Assembly: GCA_963666055.2 (NCBI GenBank)
Contig: CAXWPH010000015.1
Coordinates: 736,001-800,000 of the forward strand
DNA length: 64,000 bases
Direction of reading: 5' to 3'
DNA from: Acidobacteriota bacterium
GTDB lineage: Bacteria; Acidobacteriota; UBA890; WLXD01
Part shown: positions 32,162-42,557 of the stretch, piece after piece
Layout: every line of letters starts with the position of its first letter
Numbering within the stretch: the stretch's first letter is position 1
The notes under the pieces: generated by a model
Told to the model about the DNA's origin: nothing
The model's database searches: none
Seen by the model: the letters and a program-made list of their open reading frames with translations, nothing else
Translations under genes and position numbers: made by a program

Positions 32162-33286
32162 TCACCCTGAAGGGAGTCGCCCGGCGCGCAGGAGCGCCGA
32201 GTGGATCAAGCGCTCGATGAGCGCCGCAAACGACACTCCCGCCGCCGCTGCACCCTGAGGTAGGAGGCTAGTCTCCGTCAGCCCGGGAATAGTGTTGAGC
32301 TCGAGCATCATCGGGCCCGCCGCCGACAGGATGAAGTCGCTACGCGACATTCCCTCGCAACCCAGCGCCTCGTGCGCCATCACTGCGAGCTCCTGTACGC
32401 GCGCCGTCGTCTGGTCATCGACCTCCGCAGGCGTAATCTCACGGCAGGCGTCGGTAGTGTACTTGGCACGGAAATCGAAGAACTGTCCGTCCCGCGGTCG
32501 GATCTCGGTAAGCGGAAGTGGTTGAGTCGGCTCCCGCCCGCCTCCCAGAACGCCACAGGTCACCTCCACCCCTTCGAGATAGCTCTCGATCAAGACAGGC
32601 TCACCGCCGACGGAGCCGGCACTCAACGCCTCTGCCAGCTCGGCAGGGTCGCGGGCTATGTAGACGCCGACCGAGGAACCCGAGGCCACCGGCTTTACGA
32701 CACACGGCAGCCCGATTTGATCGATGGCGACGTGCAGCGCCGCTGGTTCGCCCTGCTCGTGCCGCACCAATATATCGTCGGGTACAGGAACCCCGAGGCC
32801 GCGGAGATGTCGCTTCGTACGTGCCTTGTCCATCGCCAGTGCCGACGCCAACACGCCGGAGCCGGTGTACGGAACATCTGCCAGGCTGAGCATCCCCTGC
32901 ACGGTGCCGTCCTCTCCACCTGGCCCATGGAGGGCGACGAAAACAACGTCGATGTCAGGCGCGCGCAGACGCTCGAAGGCGCCTCCGGTCGGTGGCGGCA
33001 CCCCGCACGACGACCCTGTTGGGGCGGCAGTAGGCGGCGGGTTTCCGGGCGCACGAGCCAGGACCGGCGTGGCGGGGCGATGATCGAAGTGCCATTCGCC
33101 GCCACGATCTATGTAGATGGGACGCCCGTCAAAGCGGTCAGGATCGAGCGCATCCAGGACATTCAAGCCGCTGCAGACGGACACGTAATGCTCGGCGCTC
33201 TCGCCGCCGAGCAAGACGGCTACGGAGATTCGTGTGCCCACCCCCACGGCCGGAGGGTACCATGACGTCTCCGATCGCCCGATCAA
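32162..33286 (-). CDS. ddl: D-alanine--D-alanine ligase
   Basis: GGESAEHYVS, LHGPGGEDG, GSSVG and ELNTIPGLTETSLLP. Confidence 0.93.
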   Translation of the reverse strand: MIGRSETSWYPPAVGVGTRISVAVLLGGESAEHYVSVCSGLNVLDALDPDRFDGRPIYIDRGGEWHFDHRPATPVLARAPGNPPPTAAPTGSSCGVPPPTGGAFERLRAPDIDVVFVALHGPGGEDGTVQGMLSLADVPYTGSGVLASALAMDKARTKRHLRGLGVPVPDDILVRHEQGEPAALHVAIDQIGLPCVVKPVASGSSVGVYIARDPAELAEALSAGSVGGEPVLIESYLEGVEVTCGVLGGGREPTQPLPLTEIRPRDGQFFDFRAKYTTDACREITPAEVDDQTTARVQELAVMAHEALGCEGMSRSDFILSAAGPMMLELNTIPGLTETSLLPQGAAAAGVSFAALIERLIHSALLRAGRLPSG

Positions 33287-33307
33287 CAGTGCTCGCAGGA
33301 GTGATCA

Positions 33308-33625
33308 ATGAGTCCCGACAGTATCTTCGACAAGCTGGCGAGCCGTGTCTCGCAGCGGCCCGAGCTGGTGGACGAAGTAGCCGCCGTTTATCAGTTCGAC
33401 GTGGGCGGCGAACAGGGAGGCTCCTGGGTCGTCGACCTCAAGAACGCTCCCGGTAGCATCCGCGCCGGCGCCGACGCCGACGCCGATTGCGTGATCACCG
33501 TGAATCAGGACGACCTGGCCGGCATCATGGACGGGAGCGTCAACCCGCAGACCGCGTTCTTGATGGGGCGCATCAAGATCGCCGGCAACTTCATGCTGGC
33601 GACGAAGCTCGGCGCTCTCGTCTGA
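33308..33625 (+). CDS. SCP2 sterol/lipid-binding domain protein
   Basis: YQFDVGG and AFLMGRIKIAGN. Confidence 0.88.
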   Translation: MSPDSIFDKLASRVSQRPELVDEVAAVYQFDVGGEQGGSWVVDLKNAPGSIRAGADADADCVITVNQDDLAGIMDGSVNPQTAFLMGRIKIAGNFMLATKLGALV

Positions 33626-33656
33626 CCGACCGCGGACCCTGTTGCACAAGCAGCGC

Positions 33657-34121
33657 TCAGCTCGCAGCTTCCTTGTTCTCGGCCTCTTGGATCAACGAAG
33701 CAATCGACTTCCGACCGAAGGCCGACGAGATCGAATCATCGGACTGCTCGGAGCCTTCGTCATTACGAATGGTCGCGGCTAGCCCGTTCACGGCCTCGTC
33801 ATCGCCGTCCACACGGAACGGCGTGGAGCTCGTCGTGATGAGTTCGACCGGCTCAGGCTCGGCCGCTACCGGCTCGGGCGTCGAGGGAACGGGATCGGGC
33901 ACGATGGCAACAAACTCGGGCCGCGGCGGTCGCGGCACCTCTGCCACCGGCGCCACCTCTTCCTTCCGCTGGCCGTTCTTACGGAACGCATCGAGCTCCT
34001 CGACCGCGGCACGCAAGAACGGCAGTACGATGTCCGCCTCATGCTGGGCGACAACGGCGGCCGCGTAACGGCTTTCCCAGCCTTCGATGGCCTGCTGGAG
34101 TTGCTCCATTCCTTCGCTCAT
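33657..34121 (-). CDS. Acidic, Pro/Glu-rich hypothetical protein
   Basis: GGAGAG RBS-like sequence upstream and an AT-rich promoter region beyond it. Confidence 0.6.
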   Translation of the reverse strand: MSEGMEQLQQAIEGWESRYAAAVVAQHEADIVLPFLRAAVEELDAFRKNGQRKEEVAPVAEVPRPPRPEFVAIVPDPVPSTPEPVAAEPEPVELITTSSTPFRVDGDDEAVNGLAATIRNDEGSEQSDDSISSAFGRKSIASLIQEAENKEAAS

Positions 34122-34564
34122 TTTTCGGTCTCCTCTGCAAGGCACTGATTAGGTGGCCTTTGAGTTACCTGTAATATCCATAAACAAGTACCGCACTGTT
34201 AACAATGTCTACAAGCCTTAACAGTTAATATTAGATATTATTAGTTCTTATTGATTACTTTTGATACCCAGAGCTATCCAGAGACCGGAGCAGGATCGGC
34301 CTGCATAAGATGCGCCCGGTACGCCGCGAACCCGGCAATACGGGTGCGTCAGGCCTCTGGGGATGGTGCGCACCGCGGCCAACGCTCGGAGCTACATGCG
34401 TGCCTGCTCGCCAGCACCGGGCGACACGGCGAAGTTGTTGCGGCACCAGATACACCGCGCCACTACCGCCGCGCCAGCGCCTCGAACGCTCTCCCGACAA
34501 CATCGATGGCGACCGCCATGTCGACGCTGTCGCGAATCTCCTGTTCCGTCAACAAGAGCACCGG

Positions 34565-35530
34565 CTACTCGTCATTGGTCAGCACGGCGGCGAAAAGCGC
34601 CGCGTCGATGTTGCCTCCCGACACCACGAGCGCGGTCGTTCCATCGGGCACCAGCCGGCCAGAAAGGATCGCCGCGAGAGCGACAGACCCACCGCCCTCG
34701 ACCACCAGTCGGTGACGCCAAAAAGCAAAGCGCATGGCGCTGGCGATCCCCTCCTCACTCACCTCGACATAATCGTCAACCAACTCGCTGACCAATCGCA
34801 GCGTGTGATGGTTCTCGGGGCCCAGGTTACCCGACAGGGAGATGGCAAGCGTTTCTTGTTCCGGCAATCTCACCAGCTTGCCGGCCTCGACGCTGCGCGC
34901 CAGTACCGCCGATCGTTCCGCGGACACGCCGGTCACCCGGATGCCCGGGTCGATGCTCTTCAGACCGACGGCAACGCCGGCGATCAGGCCGCCACCCCCC
35001 ATCGGCATGACGACGTGCTTCACGCTGGGCAGCTGCTCGAGGATCTCGCGACCGATCGTCGCCTGTCCGGCGATGACCTCGACCTGATCGAAGGGGTGCA
35101 CATAGGTAAGGCCGCGCTCGCGGGCCAGCCGCAGCGAGACGGCCTCGGCGATCTCCGCCGTCTCGCCCTCGACGATGGCCTCCGCGCCGAACTCGCGAAT
35201 CGCACTCAACTTCGCCGGGTCAACCCATTCGGGAACACAGATCGTCGCAGCCAGCCCCTCGCGCTTGGCGACATACGACGTCGCGAGACCATGGTTGCCA
35301 CTCGAGGTGGTGATGATGCCGCGTCGGCGCTGATCCTCGTCGAGGCCGAGGATTCGATTGGTGGCACCGCGAAGCTTGAACGATCCGGTGACCTGCAGGC
35401 ACTCTAGCTTGAGCCAGATCGGGCACCCGGTTAGATCCGTCAGCCAAGTTGAAGGCAACAGCGGGGTTGTTATGGTCACGCCCGCGATCCGCGCCCGCGC
35501 ACCCTCGACATCGTAGTCACTGAGTCTCAT
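34565..35530 (-). CDS. Threonine/serine dehydratase (PLP fold II)
   Basis: LQVTGSFKLRGA, SSGNHG, GGGGLIAG and SGGNID. Confidence 0.92.
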   Translation of the reverse strand: MRLSDYDVEGARARIAGVTITTPLLPSTWLTDLTGCPIWLKLECLQVTGSFKLRGATNRILGLDEDQRRRGIITTSSGNHGLATSYVAKREGLAATICVPEWVDPAKLSAIREFGAEAIVEGETAEIAEAVSLRLARERGLTYVHPFDQVEVIAGQATIGREILEQLPSVKHVVMPMGGGGLIAGVAVGLKSIDPGIRVTGVSAERSAVLARSVEAGKLVRLPEQETLAISLSGNLGPENHHTLRLVSELVDDYVEVSEEGIASAMRFAFWRHRLVVEGGGSVALAAILSGRLVPDGTTALVVSGGNIDAALFAAVLTNDE

Positions 35531-35893
35531 GGCTGCAGACTATAGCCGGGTCGTAAATGCGCTGCGCCCCTTACGACGCGCCACCTCGGGTAGCGGCAGC
35601 GCCTTGAGTGCATGGGAAGCCAGGCTTCCCCCGCTACTTCTCCCGGTGCTCCACCCGCCCACCTCAGCAGGCTCCAAAAGCACCGCTAGCTGTCGCTCGT
35701 GGATCTCTTGTTGCCGCCCGCGAGAAACCCTTATACGATCCGCCGCGGCGGCCAGCCGCTACGCACGCCATCCACTAGCTAGCAGCTGAGGATCGAAAAA
35801 GGAGAGGGTCTTGCGCCTGTCCACCATCCTCGCACTGGCGTCAATGGCGACACCTATCGCCCTCACCACCCAACAACACTCGCCACTCAACAT

Positions 35894-37120
35894 TGGGCCT
35901 CCCCCGATTTCCCGGACACCTTTGGAAGCCCGATAATGGGCTCGGAGGTGAAGAATGGGGTCACGGCGGCGGTACAGTCGCGAGTTCAAGATTGAGGCTG
36001 TGAGGATGGTGACGCAGCTGGGCCATCCGGTGTCTGAGGTGGCGCGGGATCTGGGCGTTGGCCGCGGCATGTTGACCAAGTGGCGCAAACAACTCCAGGA
36101 GCAGGGGGTCACCGCGTTTCCGGGAGTGGGGAAGATGCCCGACCAGGACCTGGACGGGCAACAGCTACGGCGGGACCCTGCGGGCGAGTACGGCAGGAGC
36201 GCGACATTCTAAAAAAAGCGTTGGCGATCTTCTCGGAACGCCCGCGATGAAAGTACCCGATCATCAAGCAACTGTCCGGCAAGTTCCCGGTGCGGCGGTT
36301 GTGCAAGATGCTCGAGGTGTCTCACGGCGGTTACTACGAGTGGCGAGGAAGGGGGCCGAGCCCGAGAGCGCGAGAAGATCGCCGTCTACGTGTGCAGATC
36401 AGAGCTGCATTCCGAGAGAGCCGCGACCGTTACGGAAGTCCGCGCATCCACAAGCAACTTCGGCAACGAGGGATCCGCTGCTCTCGCAAGCGGGTAGCTC
36501 GGCTGATGCGCCAGGAAGGACTTCGAGCTCGCCAACCCCGTCGGTTCCGGGTGACAACACGGCCCACACCTGGGCGGTCAGCGGCGCCCAACGTGCTGGC
36601 ACGGCGCTTCACGGTGGATGCCGTGGACAGCGTCTGGGTGGGCGACCTGACATACCTGTGGACGCAGGAAGGATGGGCTATACCTGGCCGTGCTGATGGA
36701 TCTGTGCTCGCGACGGATCATCGGCTGGGCGGTGAGCGAGACGATGACGGACGATTTGACGCTGGCGGTCCTGGATCAGGCCTTGGAGCAACGCCGTCCC
36801 GGTTCCGGAGTGCTCCATCACAGCGACCGCGGCAGCCAGTACAGCAGCGACGATTACCTAGACAAGCTGCGTGACCGTGGCTTCACCATCAGCATGAGCA
36901 GGAAAGGAGACTGCTGGGATAACGCGCCGATGGAGAGTTTCTTCTCTACCCTGAAGTTCGAACTCGGTGGCTGCTTCAGTTCCCGGGCGGCGGCCCGAGC
37001 CGAGTTGTTCCACTACATCGAAGTGTTCTACAACCGGGCTCGCATGCACACCTCGATCGGAGACCAGAGTCCGGCTCAGTTGGAGGCGGCAATGCGGCGG
37101 CCAGGCCAGAGCGGCCAATC
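35894..37120 (+). mobile_element. Degenerate IS3-family element; orfA/orfB carry extra frameshifts and no right inverted repeat was found
   Basis: Left end TGGGCCTCCCCCGATTTCCCGGACACC. OrfA HTH (RRYSREFKIEAV) starts at 35955, with an A7G slippery site at 36211-36218. OrfB has YGSPRI, WVGDLTY, HHSDRGSQY and DNAPMESFF. Confidence 0.9.
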
Positions 37121-37121
37121 A

Positions 37122-37210
37122 GCTGTGGAAGCTGACGCGCCCGTGGAAATCGATTCCCGATTTCCACCGTCGCTTGGACAACGCTCCGCGTTGCCAACAG
37201 CTCCCACAGC
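37122..37210. repeat. Palindromic element after IS3 orfB
   Basis: GCTGTGGAAGCTG...CAGCTCCCACAGC termini, with an internal GTGGAAATCG/CGATTTCCAC hairpin. Confidence 0.55.
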
Positions 37211-37253
37211 CGCTACTACGACTACGACAATGGATCTTAAATTAGGGGATGCG

Positions 37254-37681
37254 ATGAACGATGAGACCGTTGGTGGTGTGCACTGGAGTTTCTGGGCAAT
37301 CAGCGCTATCGCGCTGATCTGGAATGTTATGGGGGCGTAATAAATTTCCTCGTGCAAATGAATCCAGATGTACTCACTGCATATCGCGAGTCCGAGCGCG
37401 CGATAGTTGCAGGCCGACCCGCATGGGCCACCGGAGGTTTTGCGATAGCCGTCTTCGGCGGTGCGCTTGGCTGCCTTCTGCTTCTGCTCAAGAAGTCGGC
37501 TGCGTACTATTTGTTTATCGCGTCGCTACTTGGCGTGATTGTGACAATGATCCATACCCTTGGCCTCGATATCGACTTCCGTCTCGGTGAGATCTTGGGA
37601 ATTATTCTGATGCCGCTGGTGGTGGCGGTGTTCTTGATCTGGTATTCGAAGCAAGCCGAGAGCAAGGCTTGGATCAGTTGA
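37254..37681 (+). pseudogene. Small 4-TM membrane protein cassette gene with a frameshift near 37335
   Basis: HWSFWAISAIALIWNVMG continues in another frame as ...RPAWATGGFAIAVFGG. Confidence 0.7.
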
Positions 37682-37818
37682 TTCCTACTCGCCAAACAAC
37701 CACGTGCATGTCTTTCGGCTCGAGTCGTTGGATGAAATTGGCGGCCTCTTTGAGCGCCGGATCCGTGAGGCGTATCAAGTGGGCGAGCAGCGACACCTCA
37801 GTTAATGTGGGCGGCGCG

Positions 37819-37902
37819 GCCTAACAACCGGATGGAGCTGACGGGAACAAGTCGGCGCTCCGCGCCTCCTTTGTTCCCGCAGTTCATCCTTGTCCGTTAG
37901 GC
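37819..37902 (+). mobile_element. Integron attC site
   Basis: GCCTAAC...GTTAGGC cores. The inner arms GGATG-GAGCTG(A)CGGGAACAA / TTGTTCCCG-CAGTTC-ATCC carry extrahelical bases. Confidence 0.9.
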
Positions 37903-37994
37903 AGCCACATCCTTGCGTCCTTTTCGAATGTGGATCGTCTCCTACGGTGAAGACCTCGCATTGGGGCGAGGTCCATACCCAAAGGAGACGAACC

Positions 37995-38621
37995 ATGCAG
38001 ATCGACAATCAGGCATCCAAGCAGAGAACGAACTCGACGCCTCTGGTGATAGACATAGAGCTACTTGCGCTCGATCTGACCAGTTGCACCCGTTGTGTGG
38101 GAACACTGGACAACATCGGGAGGGCGATCGAGACTATCCGCCCTGTACTGGAAGTGACGGGGGCTCAAGTGAACGTGAGAAAGCTTGCCATAGAATCGGA
38201 AGAGCAGGCACGCCAGTACCAGTTCGTCACCTCTCCAACCGTTCGGATCAACGGCAGAGACATTGCCTTCGAGACGCTGGAGAGCGAGTGCGAGTCCTGC
38301 ACCGACCTGTGTGGCTGCGACGAAGGAACAAGCTGCCGCGTTTGGCCCTACCGGGAAGAGGAGTACACGGAGGCGCCGGTGGGGCTTGTCGTAGAATCAA
38401 TACTACGTGAGATCTTCGGTAGCAGCAGCGAGTCCGTTGGTGACGCTCTTGCGTACCGCGGAGTGCCGGAAAACCTCCGACGCTTCTTCAGGAGCAAGTC
38501 AGCTGCGCGACCCGCTGCACAGTCCTGCTGCCCACCGGCCGAACAGGAGACCTGCTGCGAGTCGGGTCAGGAGGCTGCGTGTTGCGATGCCTCAGAACCT
38601 GAAACGTGTGGTTGCCACTGA
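37995..38621 (+). CDS. DUF2703 thioredoxin-like Cys-rich protein (cassette)
   Basis: CTRCVGT, SPTVRINGRDI, CRVW and a Cys-rich tail; AAGGAG RBS. Confidence 0.78.
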   Translation: MQIDNQASKQRTNSTPLVIDIELLALDLTSCTRCVGTLDNIGRAIETIRPVLEVTGAQVNVRKLAIESEEQARQYQFVTSPTVRINGRDIAFETLESECESCTDLCGCDEGTSCRVWPYREEEYTEAPVGLVVESILREIFGSSSESVGDALAYRGVPENLRRFFRSKSAARPAAQSCCPPAEQETCCESGQEAACCDASEPETCGCH

Positions 38622-38625
38622 ACCG

Positions 38626-39208
38626 ATGCAAGTGCGTCACGGCACCATAGAGGCCACGGCCTGGCAGGCGCATAGGGACGAACTGTACCGCTTCGTCCGG
38701 AAGCGCGTGCGCGACGAAGCAGCGGCCGAGGATATCGTCCACGATGTCCTGATCAAGGCCTACGTCCGGCAGGAGACGCTCAAAGAGCCCTCAAACTTGC
38801 GACCATGGTTGTACCAGATCACTCGCAACGCGATCATTGACTATTACCGATTGCAGAAGCCCTCGCAGGCGGTTCCAGACGAGCTCATTTATGAGGACCC
38901 GGGGGAAGAGGATAATCGCGCCGAGCGAGAGTTGGCGCGTTGCCTCGTGCCTCTGCTCGACCAGCTTCCCGAGCCTTATCGCTACGCGCTGAGGCTCGCG
39001 GAGTTCGAGGGTGCCAAGCAGCGGGAAGTTGCATCGAGGCTGGGACTCTCGCTATCTGGAGCGAAGGTCTCGGGTGCAGCGTGCTCGCAAGATGCTGCGC
39101 GGAGTCCTTTTGAAGTGCTGTCAGGTTGAGCTGGATCGTCGTGGCGGCGTTGTGGACTATGAGGCAAGTGAAGGATGCGATGGCTGTCGAGGACCAAGCG
39201 GCACGTAG
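38626..39208 (+). pseudogene. ECF sigma factor, SigZ-like, with a frameshift near 39067
   Basis: AEDIVHDV, WLYQITRNAIIDYYR, LSLSGAK|SRVQRAR and a CC-containing tail. Confidence 0.8.
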
Positions 39209-39222
39209 GGGAAGGTATGGCT

Positions 39223-39284
39223 GCCTAACACCGGCATGCAGCTGACGGCGCTTCGCGCCGCCGCTGATGCCGAAACCGTTAGGT
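39223..39284 (+). mobile_element. Integron attC site (62 bp)
   Basis: GCCTAAC-ACCGGCATGCAGCTGACGGCGCTTCGCGCCGCCGCTGATGCCGAAACC-GTTAGGT. Confidence 0.92.
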
Positions 39285-39429
39285 GGAATCGCGGATCGGT
39301 CCTGCAGGTAGGCGTCGAGGGTCGTGAACTTGACGCTACGTGACCTGAGTTCGAGCGGCACGTGATCTAGTAAATCGGCGCTCAGGTAGGGCAGAGCGTG
39401 GATCGGCCCCGGAATAGAGGAGGAGAGGC

Positions 39430-40035
39430 GTGCGAAAAGAGATCGTCCTGCTTGTGGCCATGTTCGTCGCGACCAGCCAGTCAGCGGTGACCGGACAGGA
39501 GGCGGGAGCAGACACTCCGGTAGAGGTACGAAACAAGCAGATCGCGCGGGCCTTCTATCAGGACCTCTGGTTCAGCCGGAACACCGATCGCTATGCGAAC
39601 TACGTCGCCGAAACGTACGTGGTGCACGATGTCGGAGACCGAAAAGGGGTGACGGAGCCGGCTGTTGAGCAAAAGAACATTGCCGACTTTTTCTGGCAAA
39701 ATGGAGAGCTTTCTGGCCAGATCGACTTCCAGATCGCGGAAGGTGACCTGGTCGCAACCCGTTGGCGGGCGCGACTGGAGCCCAGCACCTTCTTGGGGCG
39801 CTTCCTCATGGGCGAGGGGGATCTACCCATCATCAACGTGTTTCGCATTAGGGACGGCAAGATCGTCGAAATCTGGAATCATCGCCACGACATCGACACC
39901 GGGCAGAATATCCGGTTCAAGGCGCAGGGGTTCGGGTTTGGCTTTCTCTTCGCCCTGATCCCGATCGGGTATGTGATTGTGCTCCGTCGTCGCCTGAAGA
40001 TAGCCACGGAGGAGCCCCGCTCCGGTACACCTTAG
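39430..40035 (+). CDS. SnoaL-like/ester cyclase (NTF2 fold) protein with signal peptide and C-terminal TM (cassette)
   Basis: NKQIARAFY, IAEGDLVATRW and FRIRDGKIVEIW. Confidence 0.8.
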   Translation: MRKEIVLLVAMFVATSQSAVTGQEAGADTPVEVRNKQIARAFYQDLWFSRNTDRYANYVAETYVVHDVGDRKGVTEPAVEQKNIADFFWQNGELSGQIDFQIAEGDLVATRWRARLEPSTFLGRFLMGEGDLPIINVFRIRDGKIVEIWNHRHDIDTGQNIRFKAQGFGFGFLFALIPIGYVIVLRRRLKIATEEPRSGTP

Positions 40036-40147
40036 GCGCGCCCCTGCACTCCAAGAGGCGGTGCGTCCGGTACGCTTGAGCACATTGGGCATCGGGGTTG
40101 GAGCATCAAGCATGCGTGTCACGGTGCGCGCAGGGGACATCGTTTCC

Positions 40148-40238
40148 ACCTAACAAGCGTTAGCAGCTGACGCGGCATACCTTTCGGGTAGTTGCCACGG
40201 CCACAGTGGCGCGCAGCTGAAACACAAATCCGTTAGGA
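40148..40238 (+). mobile_element. Integron attC site
   Basis: ACCTAAC...GCAGCTGACGCG...CGCGCAGCTGA...GTTAGGA. Confidence 0.8.
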
Positions 40239-40277
40239 GGATGGAAGAACTTGTTGCCACGGTGCACAGGTTTACGC

Positions 40278-41423
40278 GTGAAGAGCGGCGTGTTGGAGGT
40301 AGCATTCCCCACCGTAGCGCTCTTGCTCGTGGCCTGCGGGCCCGGGGCTAGCCACGCGGAGCAGGTCGCATCTGCACGTCCCGTTGCCGATGAACTCTCG
40401 GCCGTAGTTGATTCTCTAGTCTTCGCTGAGGCTCTGGATCGATCCGTGCCAGGCGTTGCCGTGACACTCGTCGCAGACGGCGAGGTGCTGCTGAGCCGCG
40501 GGTACGGAACGGCTGACCTTGCCACGGGTCGGGCCGCGTCGGCATCGACTCCGTTCAACATCGCGTCGATCACGAAGCCGTTCACCGCTGCGGTCGTCCT
40601 GAAGTTGGCGGCGGAAGGTGCTGTGGACCTCGATGGACCGGCCGCTGACTACTTGGATCTGCCCGCGATCTATCAAACTCTGACTCTTCGAGATCTCCTT
40701 ACACACACCTCGGGCATCGCACGGGATCTCCGCACCGGCAACAACGACGATCCCAGCGCGTCGGAGTACAGAGACCGACTCTTCAACTCTCAACCGAGCT
40801 TCGCGCCGGGCACCCGCTTCGAATACAGCAACACCGGCTACACAGTCCTTGGGTGGCTCATCGAAAGCGTCGAGGGTCAGCCTCTAGACGCTGTGTTCAG
40901 ACAGCGCCTGTTTTCTCCGCTCGGGATGGACGAAGCAAGGTATCGTGCCCACCTAGAGGACGATCCAAACCGCGCGCGACCTCACGTCATAGTGGGCGAC
41001 ACCGTTAGTGGGGAGCTCTTCGTGTCCGGTGGCTTCGGATCCGGCGGCCTCTCCCTGTCGGCGGATGACTTCGGCGCCTTCGCTCTTGCCCTGCAGCGCG
41101 GTGACTTCCTTGCCCCGAGTCAGCTACTGGATTCTTGGACACCGGCGACGCTCTCTGATGGGAGTCCGGTATCCGTCCGAATCAATGCCGATACCGACAG
41201 CTACGGCTTCGGGTGGTTCCTCAGTGAGCTGGATGGCAGGCGTCTGGTGACCCACGGCGGAGGAATCACTGGGTTCTCGGCCAATCTGTATCACTTCCCC
41301 GACGAACGGGTCACCGTTGCTGTCCTGGCCAACATCAAGGCGCGCGACGATGGCGCAGCCCCCGTTGACGCTCTGGCTCGGCGCATCACCGAAGCGTACT
41401 TCTCGTTGGTGTCCACCTCCTAA
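40278..41423 (+). CDS. Serine hydrolase, beta-lactamase/AmpC-like family (cassette)
   Basis: SITK, YSN, HGG and LLTHTSG motifs. The TAA stop lies inside the attC inverse core. Confidence 0.88.
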   Translation: MKSGVLEVAFPTVALLLVACGPGASHAEQVASARPVADELSAVVDSLVFAEALDRSVPGVAVTLVADGEVLLSRGYGTADLATGRAASASTPFNIASITKPFTAAVVLKLAAEGAVDLDGPAADYLDLPAIYQTLTLRDLLTHTSGIARDLRTGNNDDPSASEYRDRLFNSQPSFAPGTRFEYSNTGYTVLGWLIESVEGQPLDAVFRQRLFSPLGMDEARYRAHLEDDPNRARPHVIVGDTVSGELFVSGGFGSGGLSLSADDFGAFALALQRGDFLAPSQLLDSWTPATLSDGSPVSVRINADTDSYGFGWFLSELDGRRLVTHGGGITGFSANLYHFPDERVTVAVLANIKARDDGAAPVDALARRITEAYFSLVSTS

Positions 41424-41531
41424 CAAGGTGTTGCTGCAGTCGGATCGCGTTTTCAAAGGAGTCCAGCTACGCTACGCTGCGCCGGACCTGATTCGTTTTG
41501 CGCCCGCAGCAGAACAACGGATCCGTTAGGC
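41418..41531 (+). mobile_element. Integron attC site
   Basis: TCCTAAC-AAGGTGTTGCTGC...GCAGCAGAACAACGGATCC-GTTAGGC. Confidence 0.82.
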
Positions 41532-41588
41532 GGCTCCCGGGGCGTTGTGCGAGATCCCACAGCCAATGTGGATCAGGAGAGACTACCT

Positions 41589-42348
41589 ATGCGCGACGAG
41601 GTTACAGCTACCTCCCATGAACCCGCGCGCGGGGCACGACGAGATTCACACGGGATTTTCTTCGTCGGAATGGCAGTCTTACTCACGGCTCTCGTTTTCG
41701 CTGCGTTTGCGCCGACGTTCTACATGAAATCATTGTTCTCGTTTCGCGACCTGACGAACCTCGAGCACATCCATGGCGTGGTAGGAACCGCTTGGCTCCT
41801 TCTCTTCTTCGCCCAGACTGTCTTGTATCTCACGACGACGGGTCGCCCTCCACAAGAGGCTCGGGTTTCTCACGCTAGGACTTGCCGTCGCAATGGCCGG
41901 GCTGATCACGGTTCTCATGATCCAAACTGCCCACACCCGCAACGCTACTGGGACTACAGAGCTTGGGTACGTGACCGCTACGGGGCGCCTGTTCTGGGGA
42001 AATGTGAATATCCTGATTGGGTTCTCGATCTTTGTTGGGCTTGGCTACCGCTACCGACGCCGACCGGAGCTACACAAACGGTTCATGCTTTTGGCCATGC
42101 TGAGTTGGATGCCAACAGTACTTGGACGGATCGCGCGTTTCGCCTTCTGGGGCCTCCCTGTACCTGTGGTCATGGTTCCCCTTTTTCTTTCGACGCTCCT
42201 ATTGATCATTGTGTACGACGTCCGCACTAGAGGGCGCCCTCACCCCGCGTCTCTCATTGGGGCATCCGCGATATTCGTGGGGGCTGTCACTGCAGCCTTT
42301 GTGGTCCCGCAGCTCGAGATCGCACGTAGGATTGTCGCATCCCTGTAG
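41589..42348 (+). pseudogene. Membrane protein cassette gene with a frameshift at about 41840-41890
   Basis: FAAFAPTFY, HIHG...AWLLLFFAQ and RRRPELHKRFML fall in two frames. Confidence 0.7.
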
Positions 42349-42374
42349 CGCTCAACGCCTGGTCGGATAGGGCC

Positions 42375-42507
42375 GCCTAACCAGGGCTTGCAGCTGACAA
42401 CAGACAGCCGAGCGTCCTGAATCCGGTAGCATGCTGGCGTCGGGGCTCCGTGGCATGGCGTTGACGATCAGCACTGTCTGTTGCAGCTGAAGCCCAATCC
42501 GTTATGC
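42375..42507 (+). mobile_element. Integron attC site
   Basis: GCCTAAC-CAGGGCTTGCAGCTGACAACAGACAG...CTGTCTGTTGCAGCTGAAGCCC-AATCC-GTTATGC. Confidence 0.9.
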
Positions 42508-42557
42508 CGCTTGACACGAGTATGGCGGCTCTCGGCCAACCAGCGAACTGGAGACAC

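Noticed and set aside
35540-35800. tRNA or other integration-site RNA at the core/accessory boundary
   Set aside because: I could see only short hairpins (GGGAAGCC/GGCTTCCC), with no cloverleaf, T-loop GTTCRA or CCA end. tRNAscan-SE or Infernal would settle this.
40278-41423. A true beta-lactam resistance cassette
   Set aside because: The SxxK/YxN/HGG motifs fit the broad serine hydrolase family. The KTG motif of class A/C beta-lactamases is absent, so resistance cannot be claimed.
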